64,000 nt of DNA from positions 67,722-131,721 of IMG/VR virus record IMGVR_UViG_3300045391_000819, one strand, 5' to 3'. The position numbers and the translations under genes were made by a program. The first letter of the stretch is position 1. Each line of letters begins with the position of its first letter. Of the stretch, positions 9,201 through 19,900 are shown piece by piece. The DNA comes from a virus. The notes under the pieces are model-generated. The model was not told the DNA's origin. It made no database searches and saw only the letters and a list, made by a program, of their open reading frames with translations.

Positions 9201-10897
9201 TATCCACTTATTCCACTAAAACCTGAATATCCACTAACTCCTGAGTAACCACTATATCCACTTAATCCTGAATAACCACTATAACCACTTCGTCCTGAAT
9301 AACCACTATATCCAGATTCACCTGAATATCCTGAATATCCTGAATAACCACTAATTCCAGAATAACCGCTGTATCCTGATGCTCCCGGATTTGCACCAGA
9401 ATAACCAGAATAACCAGAAGCACCATCGCTTCCAATTACACCATTTGTTCCACTAAATCCTGAATAACCACTAAGACCTGAGAAACCTGACGCTCCCGGA
9501 TTTGCACCAGAGTAACCTGAGTAACCAGAGAAACCTGAATAACCAGAAGCAGCAGAACCGTTAATAACTACGAACCCATCAAATCTTTCATCTTCATCAT
9601 CATCCTGTGGGATTTTGATAGTAAGAATATTGGATGTGGTTTGTTCTATTTCTTCTACCCAAACCTGCGTAGGAAGAATAGGATTAGTTGCATCCCAAAC
9701 TTCTACAACAAGAGCATCAGAACCTAAATTATGTGGGAAAGAAATTTCATATTGTCCAAGACCATTATCAATCCAGTCAGCAATTATAAATGAATCAACA
9801 AAAGCAATGGCAGCATGTCCTGAGAATCCTGAATAACCTGAGAAACCAGACACACCGGGGTTTGTACCAGAGTATCCACTGTAACCTGAATAACCAGAAG
9901 CACCACTTGCACCAGAGCCATTAATAACTATACGACCAGCGAACCTTCCATCAGGTATTTCTGTTGCATATATCTTAACATCGTTGATTGATATTTCTTC
10001 AATGCTGTGTACGAATCTTTGGAAAGGTGTACCAGTCAAATCCCATAATTCTACAATAAGATTGAAACTACTTAAGTTATGGTTGAATGTTATAGAGTAT
10101 AATCCATCAACAGCTGTACCCCAGTCAGTATTGTTATTAAAGATTGCGAAGTATGCAGGAGTTGCAAATCCTGAATATCCAGAGATACCAGAACCACTGA
10201 ATCCTGAATATCCAGAATATCCAGAGTGACCTGAGAAACCACTATAACCTGATGTAGCAGTTCCACTGAATCCTGAATAACCTGATTCACCAGCTCCTGA
10301 ATAACCAGAGAATCCACTATCACCAGAACCTGAATAACCTGAGAAACCACTAAGTCCTGAGAATCCTGAGAGTCCTGAGAATCCTGAATAACCTGAAGTT
10401 GAGTCTCCGCTAAATCCACTGTAACCAGAACGACCAGAGAAACCAGAACGACCAGCTCCACTATATCCTGAGAATCCAGAAACACCTGATCCTGAATAAC
10501 CAGAGAAACCAGATTGTCCAGAGAAACCAGATGTTGAATTACCTGAGAAACCTGAATAACCAGAAATTCCACTGAAACCAGAACGACCTGACCATCCAGA
10601 AAATCCACTTAACCCTAATCCACTAAAACCAGAATAACCTGAGCGTCCAGAGAAACCTGACATTCCTCCATCAGCTACAGAGATTGTATAAACAGGATTA
10701 GACCCAATTGTTTGGGTTGCGGCTTCTCCAATTATAATACCAGCACCAGCATTAATAGTGATGGTCTTGTTTAAAGCAATAGGGTCATTTTCAACAAAAC
10801 AGCCTGAGCGAATTTTATTCAATTCAACCCAAAGCTTTTTTATTTCATTTTCACAACCTTTAAAGCTGTAACGTATATTTAAATCACCAGAACCCAT
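6218..10897 (-). CDS. Tail fibre-like protein with (Gly-Tyr/Phe-Ser)n repeats and repeated globular domains, 1559 aa
   Basis: SGYSG/SGFSG tracts separate three copies of a TQTDTDYTLVLGDA...TVP.N.SV.F..G..IV.EQ.G.G.VTI domain, two FxHNL.S..L.VE.WD domains and a C-terminal tip domain. Confidence 0.75.
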   Translation of the reverse strand: MGSGDLNIRYSFKGCENEIKKLWVELNKIRSGCFVENDPIALNKTITINAGAGIIIGEAATQTIGSNPVYTISVADGGMSGFSGRSGYSGFSGLGLSGFSGWSGRSGFSGISGYSGFSGNSTSGFSGQSGFSGYSGSGVSGFSGYSGAGRSGFSGRSGYSGFSGDSTSGYSGFSGLSGFSGLSGFSGYSGSGDSGFSGYSGAGESGYSGFSGTATSGYSGFSGHSGYSGYSGFSGSGISGYSGFATPAYFAIFNNNTDWGTAVDGLYSITFNHNLSSFNLIVELWDLTGTPFQRFVHSIEEISINDVKIYATEIPDGRFAGRIVINGSGASGASGYSGYSGYSGTNPGVSGFSGYSGFSGHAAIAFVDSFIIADWIDNGLGQYEISFPHNLGSDALVVEVWDATNPILPTQVWVEEIEQTTSNILTIKIPQDDDEDERFDGFVVINGSAASGYSGFSGYSGYSGANPGASGFSGLSGYSGFSGTNGVIGSDGASGYSGYSGANPGASGYSGYSGISGYSGYSGYSGESGYSGYSGRSGYSGYSGLSGYSGYSGVSGYSGFSGISGYSGFSGTSGHSGYSGYSGISGYSGISGYSGFSGLSGYSGYSGISGYSGFSGLSGYSGYSGISGYSGFSGKSGYSGYSGFSGLSTLLFNTQTDTDYTLVLGDAFTGVKMSSSSPHTLTVPPNSSVPFVVGTEIVIEQGGTGAVTITPGLGVTIDAQGYTMGAQYSVVCLVKQATDSWLLSSGISGYSGYSGLSGYSGYSGLSGYSGFSGKSGYSGYSGQDGVIGSDGASGFSGFSGKSGYSGYSGLSGYSGYSGISGYSGFSGGSGYSGYSGISGYSGFSGLSGYSGYSGISGYSGYSGISGYSGYSGISGYSGFSGFSGGFGGDSQAYTFSTTTADADPGSGLLRYNNATFASITTIYVDNNNVAGTDVSTWLDTFDDTSFSSNRGYLKVYQQSNSSNFASFTLTGSVVDGTGYRKLSVTPIVNNNGVFANNTPIVITFTHTGYSGYSGYSGYSGLSGYSGYSGLSGYSGFSGLSGYSGYSGSGISGYSGFSGISGYSGFSGISGYSGFSGKSGYSGFSGLSTLTFTTQTDTDYTLVLGDAFTGIKMDSASAHTLTVPPNSSVAFIVGTEIVIEQAGTGGVTIAAGVGVTINAQGLTMGAQYSTVCLVKQATDTWLLSSGISGYSGYSGYSGYSGYSGISGYSGFSGKSGYSGFSGLSGYSGFSGANPGASGFSGFSGISGYSGFSGRSGYSGYSGISGYSGYSGISGYSGFSGISGYSGFSGKSGYSGFSGQNTLTFTTQTDTDYTLVLGDAGTGIKMSSASAHNLTVPTNASVAFPVGSQIVVEQAGAGTVTIVAAGGVTIEAPSLVMNGQYSVVALVKTATDTWLLTTGSSGWSGYSGYSGISGYSGYSGISPFVALATANTTTSTSLTDLSGLSIALTAGTWQFEAMLLGQSSSTAGVKFAINYTGTTTSIDAFQSAQSSGTGLIATVRITAVNTGSTTCWTTANTESYAYLTGQIVVSDSGNLVVRGNKVTSGTLTYRAACWLKAIKVA

Positions 10898-10900
10898 TTA

Positions 10901-13900
10901 TTAGAAATTCTTGTTTATAAGGGTATAAAATTTCTTCTGTTCAGCAGGCGACATCAAATTAACTACCTGACGTAGAATAGGAATAGCCTTTAGCATCTTT
11001 GCCTGCAATATAGAAGTACCTGATGCAAATGGCCCAGTCTTACGATTATAAGTCGCAAATGGTTGAGTAGTAAGTTGTAAAAAGAAATCACTATATCTAC
11101 TCAGCGCCTGAATCACAGCCGAAGGATTCTTCATTATTCTAAGCATATCAGTTGCTCCAAACAAAGTGTATTGTCCAACATCACCTCTTGCACGAAGCAT
11201 AAGAAGTGTTAAATAATCTCTTCCCCAAGACTTATCATCTTCATTAGATTGATTTGCACCTATAGCTATTCCAAGCATTGTGATACCTGTGAATAAACCT
11301 AATTCGTACATTGTCTTGTTGTAAGCATATTTTTCATCAGCAGTCCAACCGTCACGAGTCAACATTCTCTTAGCTGCTTCAAATTTATACGCTTTAATAT
11401 CTTTACCCAGTTTGTTAAAGAAGGTTCTATAATATCCTTCATAAACATCCTGAAGTTCATAATCAACTCTCTTCTTACCGTAACGAGCACGGAAAGCATT
11501 GTATAAGTATTTACGATATACTAAGGCAAGTTTACCATACCATTTACGTTGTAAGTAAGCCTTATCAAACTTTGAATAGTTACCGTTAAGTATCTTATTC
11601 AAACTATGTAAACGCTTTGTGAAATCATTATTCTGAGCATCTGTCCATTGTGCTCCATCTTTCAATTTCAAATAACCATTTGGAGTTATTTCGTGTGCAT
11701 CATATAATGAAACCTCTGTACCATCAGCCATCTTTACTTTAGTAGAATCCATCAATGCAAGCATACCAGTAAGCTGAATATGATGTTCACCAGCATGATT
11801 GAATATAAATAAAGTGTCAGCACTTGCATACTTCTGCATTACATTACCTACGAAACGTTTACCATACTTATCACGGAATTCACCCTGAATAGCATCGTAC
11901 TTAACCCCAAGTTGGGTAATTTTAGACTTCTTTAGAGAGCTTACATCGTTTGCAAAGTCTGGTACAGCAGACCAATATTGTCCCTGAGCTTTTCTATAAT
12001 TCTCTGGTTTGTAATACTTTCCACCAAGAGCTTCACCAAAAGCCTGAATATCACCAATAATTACGTTTGATACACCAGCAGTAATATTGAATGCCATATT
12101 ATTCAAAGCAGTAAGGAAAGCCATATTGTTTCCCCACTTATTCAAATCAAGTTGACGACCAAGTACTTTAACTGTATCAGTAACCTCAGTATCACCATAA
12201 ACTACATCATCAATGAAAGCTGAGAGCTGTTTGTTAACCAAACTAAGCCTTGCTGCTTTCTTAGAAGACAATACGTTATTTGTAATGGTTTCTGCTTTAT
12301 TACCTTTTGATTTCTTTATTACATCTACAACACCACGAGCCTTCTTAATAAATTGAGAATCACCATCTAACAACGATTTTAAAGTACGTATGTTAGGTTC
12401 GAGTTCACGCATCTTGTTTGAAAGATTAGTCACACCAGCAAACTTAAATACTGTTTCTGGTAATGCTAGGTCGAGATCAGCTTCATCCAATGGACGAATA
12501 TAAGCAGTACGAATCTTCTTATATACAGAACCGTCCATGTTTGTCAAATTCACATCAAACTCATTACCTTCTTCTGCTTTTGGAGCAAAGAAATTTCCTA
12601 ATTGCTTTGCTGCATTGACAGCTCCCATCTTAGACCAGCTAAGATCAGAGAACATATTCTTACCTTTAGATACTTGAGGTACTATTCCGAACTGTAATTG
12701 TTCTTCAGCCTGCAAGTTTTCATTTCCTTCCTTATAAGCATCGTAAAGGATAGTAAACATCTTGTCCTTTTCGTATAAATCAAGGAACTTAGGGTTCAAG
12801 AAACGTTTAGCAGGCTTGTTTATAGTACCATTTTCAGTCTGCCAATCATTAAGCTTAGCAATCCAAGCCTGTTTAGCTATTTTATCTTCAGGTTCAGCAC
12901 CCAAAGACTTAACATATGCCTCATATTCCTCTACCCATTTGTCGTAAAGGTAATCTTGATGGAAAGCCCAACGCTCAACGTACTCATACTTTGGTTCACC
13001 CGCTTCATTTTCGCCAGTCTTTTCTAAAATTCTAGCTTTTCTTAAATAATTATCCTTATAATGTTGAGAAGTTTTGTTCCTGTCATTAGGTAATCCTTTT
13101 TCTTTCAAGAAAGTATCATACCCAGTCTTAATAATGTGAGATAATACAGCATCATATCTGTGTGCATCTTCAACTACATCTTTAATGACGTTACTTACTA
13201 TAGCTGAGACAGGGTCTTTAGAGCTACCAACAGAACCAAGAGCAAAGAATAGTCTATCTACATCACCAGTAGCGTTGTAAAGTTCTTTTCTGAAAGCATC
13301 CTTAGTTAAAACGAAGTCTGGATACTTCTCTCTGATTAATTCATTAGTATGTTCAATAGCAGGATACAACCATTCAACCATTAAATCGACTGAACGAGTT
13401 TGAATCTTGTCTGCCACTACGTTTGCTTCACGAAGAGTCTCTGCATATGTACGATATGTTTCATCGTCCATTTCTTTTCTGTTACCAATTCTCTTAAACA
13501 AATCATTAACATCTTCTCTATAGAAGGCAATCATCTGTTTTACTACATCAAGACTCTTATTAAGTTCCTGAATATCTTTTGCATCAAGTTTGTTTTCAGG
13601 ATTCTTAATCTTACCTGTAATACGGCTGAACTCATCAGTTGCCCAACTAAGTCCTTTGATTCCCTGATATACAAAACTATTTAAACTTTCAGCTTCAGTC
13701 TTTTCTTTAAAGAACTTACGAATAGTTGCTGCTTCTGAACCAAGTTCTTCTGAGTTTAAACGCTTTGCAGTTGTAGAGAACTTATCAAGATTTCTTTTAA
13801 GACGTTCAATTATTTCAGTATTAAATTGGTCAGCATTCTTTTGAAATACATCCATATTATCAACCACATCCATTCTCGAACGTAAATCAAATGCGTAGTC

Positions 13901-16900
13901 AGTTAGAGATATAACGTCAGCCATATCCTGAAGTGTAGCTTCAGTAGGAATGTTCTTTAACTTGCTACCAAATACTTTATCCCACATCTTACCAAGCCAG
14001 TCTGTGAACTTCTTAATAAGGGTGAGCATAGCTCTATTATATTGACTACCAACTTTCTGTCCTTCTGGATTTACATTCTGAGCTGCTATCTTAGATATAT
14101 ATCTAACTAAAGCTTCCTGCTGTTGTTCGGCAGGAGTTGAATCTTTATATAATCTTCTTGTTTCTGATATAGCTTCTGTAGCTGAATCGTCCAATGATTC
14201 TTCAACTAATTTATCAAACTCATCAGACAAATTCTTATAGAGTTCTGGATTATCAACTTCCAATACTTTTAAGAATGGGTGAAGATATTCATGGAAAGGA
14301 GTTGTTCTATCAACATTTGATTTATTGATATAAACAATACCATCCTTGAAACGTCCCTGCCATTTACCACCAGCATCATCTACAACCTGATATTTAATAC
14401 CAAATCTCTTTTGTAGAGTATCAAGTATACCTTTGAGACCTGTATATTCTATAGCGTATGTATGATCTACTTCTTCATCGTGAGGAATAATAGCTTCTTT
14501 AAGAACAGTCTTGGAACTACCTTCATTATCCTGAATAGTCGCCTTTTCCCTGTCAACAGCTAGTACTCTGTACTGTTTATTATTATACCATACTCTGTCG
14601 TTAATTTCTAAGTCTCTTGTTACAGCAGGAGGTAAATCTACAGGATCACCAATAGTTTCATCTATCTTATAAATCTTATCTCCATAAACAGTAGATTCTC
14701 CTTTACCACCATCACTTACAGTAAAGACAGGTTCACCATTTCCAGATTCAGATTTGTCAGTTACAACAACTTCTTTACCATCATAAGATACCTTATCACC
14801 TACTTCTACTTCTTTAGATTTAGCAAGGGCAAGTTCTTTATCCCATTCCTTTTTATAATCAGCAATATCTTCTCTTAAATGTCTAGCTTCGATTTCAGCA
14901 TCTGTATCACCTTCTCTTTCAAGCAGTTGTTCCAGACGAGAGTTCATCTTTCTATACTGTTCACTATACTTAGCATTTACTTCTTCTACAGTTTCAGGTG
15001 CTTTATGAAGACTAGGAACTTCAACTTTAGGAAGAGATGTAACTTGTTGCTGTACAGCTTCTTGCAAAGAAGCCTGTAATCTTTCACGATGTCCTTCTGT
15101 ATCAGCAGCAGATACTTCAGCTTCTTCATTGGCTTGTGTCAACAAATCATGTTCAGGAGCTTTTATTTCAGGAAACATTTCCAAAGCAATATTTGAAAGT
15201 CTTTCTTTGAAAGTACTTCTAGCTACTTTTTCACTACTTGGGTCTTTAAGTTGTTCAGCAAGACTTCTAAGATTACCTTCAACATCTTCTAAGAACGCAT
15301 CACGATACATTAAAGGAAGATCGGTAACAGCAGCCTTAGCTTGTTTAACTAACGATTCTTTGGATTGTACCTCTGGTGCTTGCTTCCCTTCGACTTGTAC
15401 TTGGGGTGTGCTAGGTTCTTCTTTGGCAACTTCCGTAGCCACTTCTTGAGTTTGCTCAATATTTACTTTTTTAGCTTTAACTGGTTTTCTAGCTCTCTTA
15501 GGTTTAACTTCACCAGCTTTAATTTCTATTACAGGGGCAGAACGTTCTAATGTTTTTCCTGTACTATCTTTTAAAGTATCTTCTGCATGATACCCATCAA
15601 TCTTACCGTCAAGTGTTTCTATTTGCAAATTCCACTGACCACCTCTCCAAATTGCTTTACCTGTAAATTTAAATTGATTCTTCCCAACTTCTCTTGGTAA
15701 TAAAAGAATATCTCCTTTCTTAACTTTTCCGGGATATTCATATTGAGAAGCTTTTCTCATGTCTTCAGCGTGTCCTGCTGCAAATGCTTCTACGTCAGAC
15801 ATTGCATTATTAAATGCTTCAGCCTTTTCTATAACAGGGGCAGGTAGAATTTCTTTAGCTCCTTCAGGATCATTTGCTACTACATCAGCGATTGTTTCAG
15901 CAAGTTCCTTTTGGCTATCTACACCAGCATTTAAAACAGTTTCTACATTATCCTTTAGTTCAGGAGTAAGCTGATCTATACTTGCTTGTAAAGTTTCTAC
16001 AAGGCTAGCTTCTTCTGGTTCTAATGTCTTTTCTACATGTGGTACAAACTCACCAGCAGGTTTTGATTTTAAAGGCAGTACATGAAGACTGTAACTATCA
16101 AATATGTCTGGTGGCGCAGCTATAGTTAATTGATTTCTAAGTTCTTTTAAAGGAACTCTTTCGTCATTAGGAATAGAAGTTTTGAAATCTTTTACATCAA
16201 GTTTAAGATTTAGTCCAGCTAATTCTCTATCTTCTACAGACTTACGTTGAATAACTTTATTTATCTGACCAACCAATTCATCTAGGTTCTTTGCAGATTT
16301 TGCATCAGGTAAAAACAATCCTCTCTTATAATCACCATTGACTATATTAAAGTAAACCTTACCGTCCTCATTTACAAACAAGTGCATTCTTGAACCTGCA
16401 CCCTTTCTAGCATTATTATCAGAAATGAATATATTATTTCTTAAATCTTTGTTAATACTAGAGATGTCTTTCTTTTCAGTTGTGCCTGTTACTTGTGCAA
16501 TTCTACTAAGAAGTCCATTAACAGTATCAGCATTTGTTTCAGAAGGACGAGCTGCAATTGCAGAAATCTTCTGATAGCTTTTATCAGGCATCTGAGTCAC
16601 ATATATATAGCGACTATTTATCTTCTGAAGCTGTTCATTATTATCAGCTATAAATTGCCAAGCCTTTTCTGCATCACGAGCTTCAAGTTCGTTCTCATTA
16701 AGAATAGTTGGCTCACCTCTCTTACCTTCATTTAAAGGCATAGAGATTACAAAATCACCATTAGTCTTATGAGTTACATCAGAAAGCTTTGTAGCTGTAG
16801 CTGAACCTTTAGCATATTCTACTCTACCATATTTTACATGGATATTAAACAATTGCTGTACTTCAGCATTGTTGAAAGTCTTCTTACCTGTTTCTTGATA

Positions 16901-19900
16901 ATGCTTAAGTATTGTATCAGTAATTTGCTGATATGCTTTTAAATCATTAATGAATTCATTGTATGTAGCTGGATCATTGCCAGTTACTTTTTGATATTCA
17001 TCTTTACTTACTTCTGTAAGAGGAACATATTCTTCACCTCTCTTAAAGAACAAACTATCTCCGGGTTGCATCTTACCTAGAACATCTCCATCAGATACAA
17101 GATCAATATCATATCCATAACCACTACGATAAATACCAGTCTTAGGAATATGAGAGTATTCACCCTTCTGCTTACCTTTGGTACTCTTAGATACATTTAC
17201 CTGAAGTTTACCGTATAGCTTTTGTGGTGTGTTTGTAAATACAGCCTTGCGAAGGTTGGTATTTTCCTTTGAATCTTCAAAGTCTCTACTATAAACTCTA
17301 TTTACTAATACAAAAGGATCAGAGTTTTTGTAGATAGAATTCTTTACAGTTCCTTGTGCAGGAGCTTTGCTATCTTCGGCAATCTTTTTAACTTCCTGAT
17401 TTTCAGGATTCTCTATTTCAGATATATCAACTTCTTCTTCAGCCTTTGTTGTGCTTAATATAACAGGTACAGTTTTTTCAAGTTCTGATTGCTGAGTATC
17501 ATAGTTCTGATTTATTTCGTTCTTAACTTCTTCAGTTAAAGGTTTACCTGTAGTTTCTTCTGTCTGCTTTAATTCAGCAGTTCTAGCCTTTTCTATTTCA
17601 GCTTTCTTAGCTTCGTAATCTTTTCTTGCAGAGTCTGCCTGTTTCTTTTCTTCGGGAGTTTCCTGAATCTTTTTAACAGTTACTTTAGTTTCAGTCTTAG
17701 GAGCTGCTTTCTTAGTTTCAGTCTTAGGAACTTCCTTTACAGGATTACCGTTATCATCAATAGTTATAGTATCTCCAGCAGCAACAGTTCCTTCTTCCTT
17801 TTGAGGATTTGTTAAAGTATTCACAAGATTATCCATGAACCTTGCATAGTTAGCATTGTTTGATGCTAGTACATCTTGGATGTAATTATCAAATCCCTTC
17901 TTGCCTGTTAATTGCTGATAATGATATAATGCTCTATTGTTTGCATTTTCAAGTTTGAAAGCATCCTGAGCATTTGTTAACATAGGGAGAAGGTCTATAG
18001 GGTGTACATTATTATCAGCTTTTAAACTATCCCCGTTAGAGTAGTAGTTCACTATTTCACCTACAGTATTGTACAAGTCAGGGTGATAATCTGTTGTATT
18101 ACCAGTCTTTAATTCCTGTACCTTTTCCTGTAGGAATGCTTTTTCCTTTTGATCTTCTTTATAAAATTCTGAAGACTTTTCACTAAGCTTGTTTGATTCA
18201 TCAATCTGCTTGATCCTGTCTTCAAATCTCTTGACTGTCTGATCTATACCTATTTCGTGAGTAAGATCAATAAGTTTATTCTTATCAAGAAGTGGAGCTA
18301 CCTTTGATATTTCACCAGTAATAGAACGAATCCTTTCTCTGTTATTATTCATTTCAGAAAGGTCAAGAGCAAGCTGGTTCTTGTATTCTTCAAAAGCTAC
18401 ACGATTCTTTCTGTCAGTTTCTGGGAATGGATTCTTAAATACAGTATCTACTTTATCAATATTTTCCTTAATGTCTTTAGACTTCTTAATTACAGCATCT
18501 ACATAATCAGATACAGTTCTTCTATTAGCATCGCTGTAGTCAAGACCAAACATCTTTTGGAATTCAGGCCCGCTAAGGTCTTTAAGTGTTTCAAGTTGTG
18601 AAAGTCTTAATTCATACTTTCCAGCTTTTGTACCACTACTTATAAAATTGAATAGTTGTTGAAACTTAAGATTCTGATATTCAAATATGTCTCCTGATTC
18701 AGCAGCCTTCTTCATTGACTTAGCAAGGCTATCGGCTGTAACTGCTTCGTTATAAGTGTTTTTAAATACATCACTTACCTTTGCACTATTAAGAAGAGCA
18801 AGCACATTCTTACTAATAACATCACTGTTATTTTCAACACCTCTCTTAGATTCGATTAAGCTCTTTCCACCATGAATCAATGCACCACCAAGAACACCAA
18901 TAAGGATATTTTCTATACCCTGTTCAGTAGTGAATGTATCATAAAGTCCAGTAGCAAGCGATCTGGTAAAGTTATCTGTATCAGATACACTTTCATCATC
19001 AAACTTTCTTCTAGCATAATCTTCAGCCGATCTTCCAACACCATATATACCAGCCATTTCAGCACCAGTAGTTGCAGTTGTTTTAAGTGGGCCACCTATC
19101 TTTCTGAGAATACCAAACTTAGTCTGTGGATTAACTGCTTCAAATACATCTACACTTCCTTTCTGTAGAGCAACTGGAACTTTACTTTCAGCTTCTCTCA
19201 GTACGGCAGAAGTAGGTTTGAATATAGTTCCAAACACACTATCAAATACTTTCATCTGCAAAGCTGTGTTTGCAAACAAATCTACATTACCAGCAGTTCT
19301 AGCGTATTCCTGTATCTTAGCTGCATCTGCTTCTTGAGGATCACGACCATACTTACCGTAATACTCGTCTGTTAAATTTTTCTTAACATCGTTGTATACA
19401 CCATTTGCAAATATAATTGAACCACCTGTAGCTGTAGTGAATAAAGAAAGACCATAACGGAATCTATCTGTGTTTTTAACAGTATTGTATATTCCATTGA
19501 CTGCATCTTCTACAGCCATACCATTCTTCACAGATTCAGCAAGCTTTACAGCTCCACCCGGAGAAGCAAATATCTTACCTATCTTTCCTGTAAAAGCCAT
19601 TAACTGAGGCTCGATCAAAGGAAGTTCACCAACTCCTCCAGTAGCAGCTCCTACTAAAGCGTCCTGTACTACAGCTCCACCTACAGAACCTACTACGAAT
19701 CCTAAAGTCTTTAATACTCCACCCCACTTATCTCCAAGTGTTTTCAAAGATGAGAATCCGGGAATATAAGAAAGGACTGGATGCTGTTCTTCAAAAGCTG
19801 ATTGGTAATTAGGGAGAGTTTGTTCTAATCCTTCAGTCCATTGACTAATAGAATTAGAAAGAGGATTATTGTAAATCTTACTAATATCACCACTACCTAA

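Noticed and set aside
2105-10608. Minus-strand alternative-frame ORFs rich in V/D/L/Q/S (e.g. 2462..3007, 3212..3748, 8170..8538, 10090..10608)
   Set aside because: Shadow frames of the (G-F/Y-S)n repeats, lying wholly inside the real fibre genes.
1400-10700. Possible CRISPR array or DNA-level tandem repeat
   Set aside because: The repeats are 9-nt-period coding repeats with synonymous variation; there is no constant repeat and unique spacer structure.
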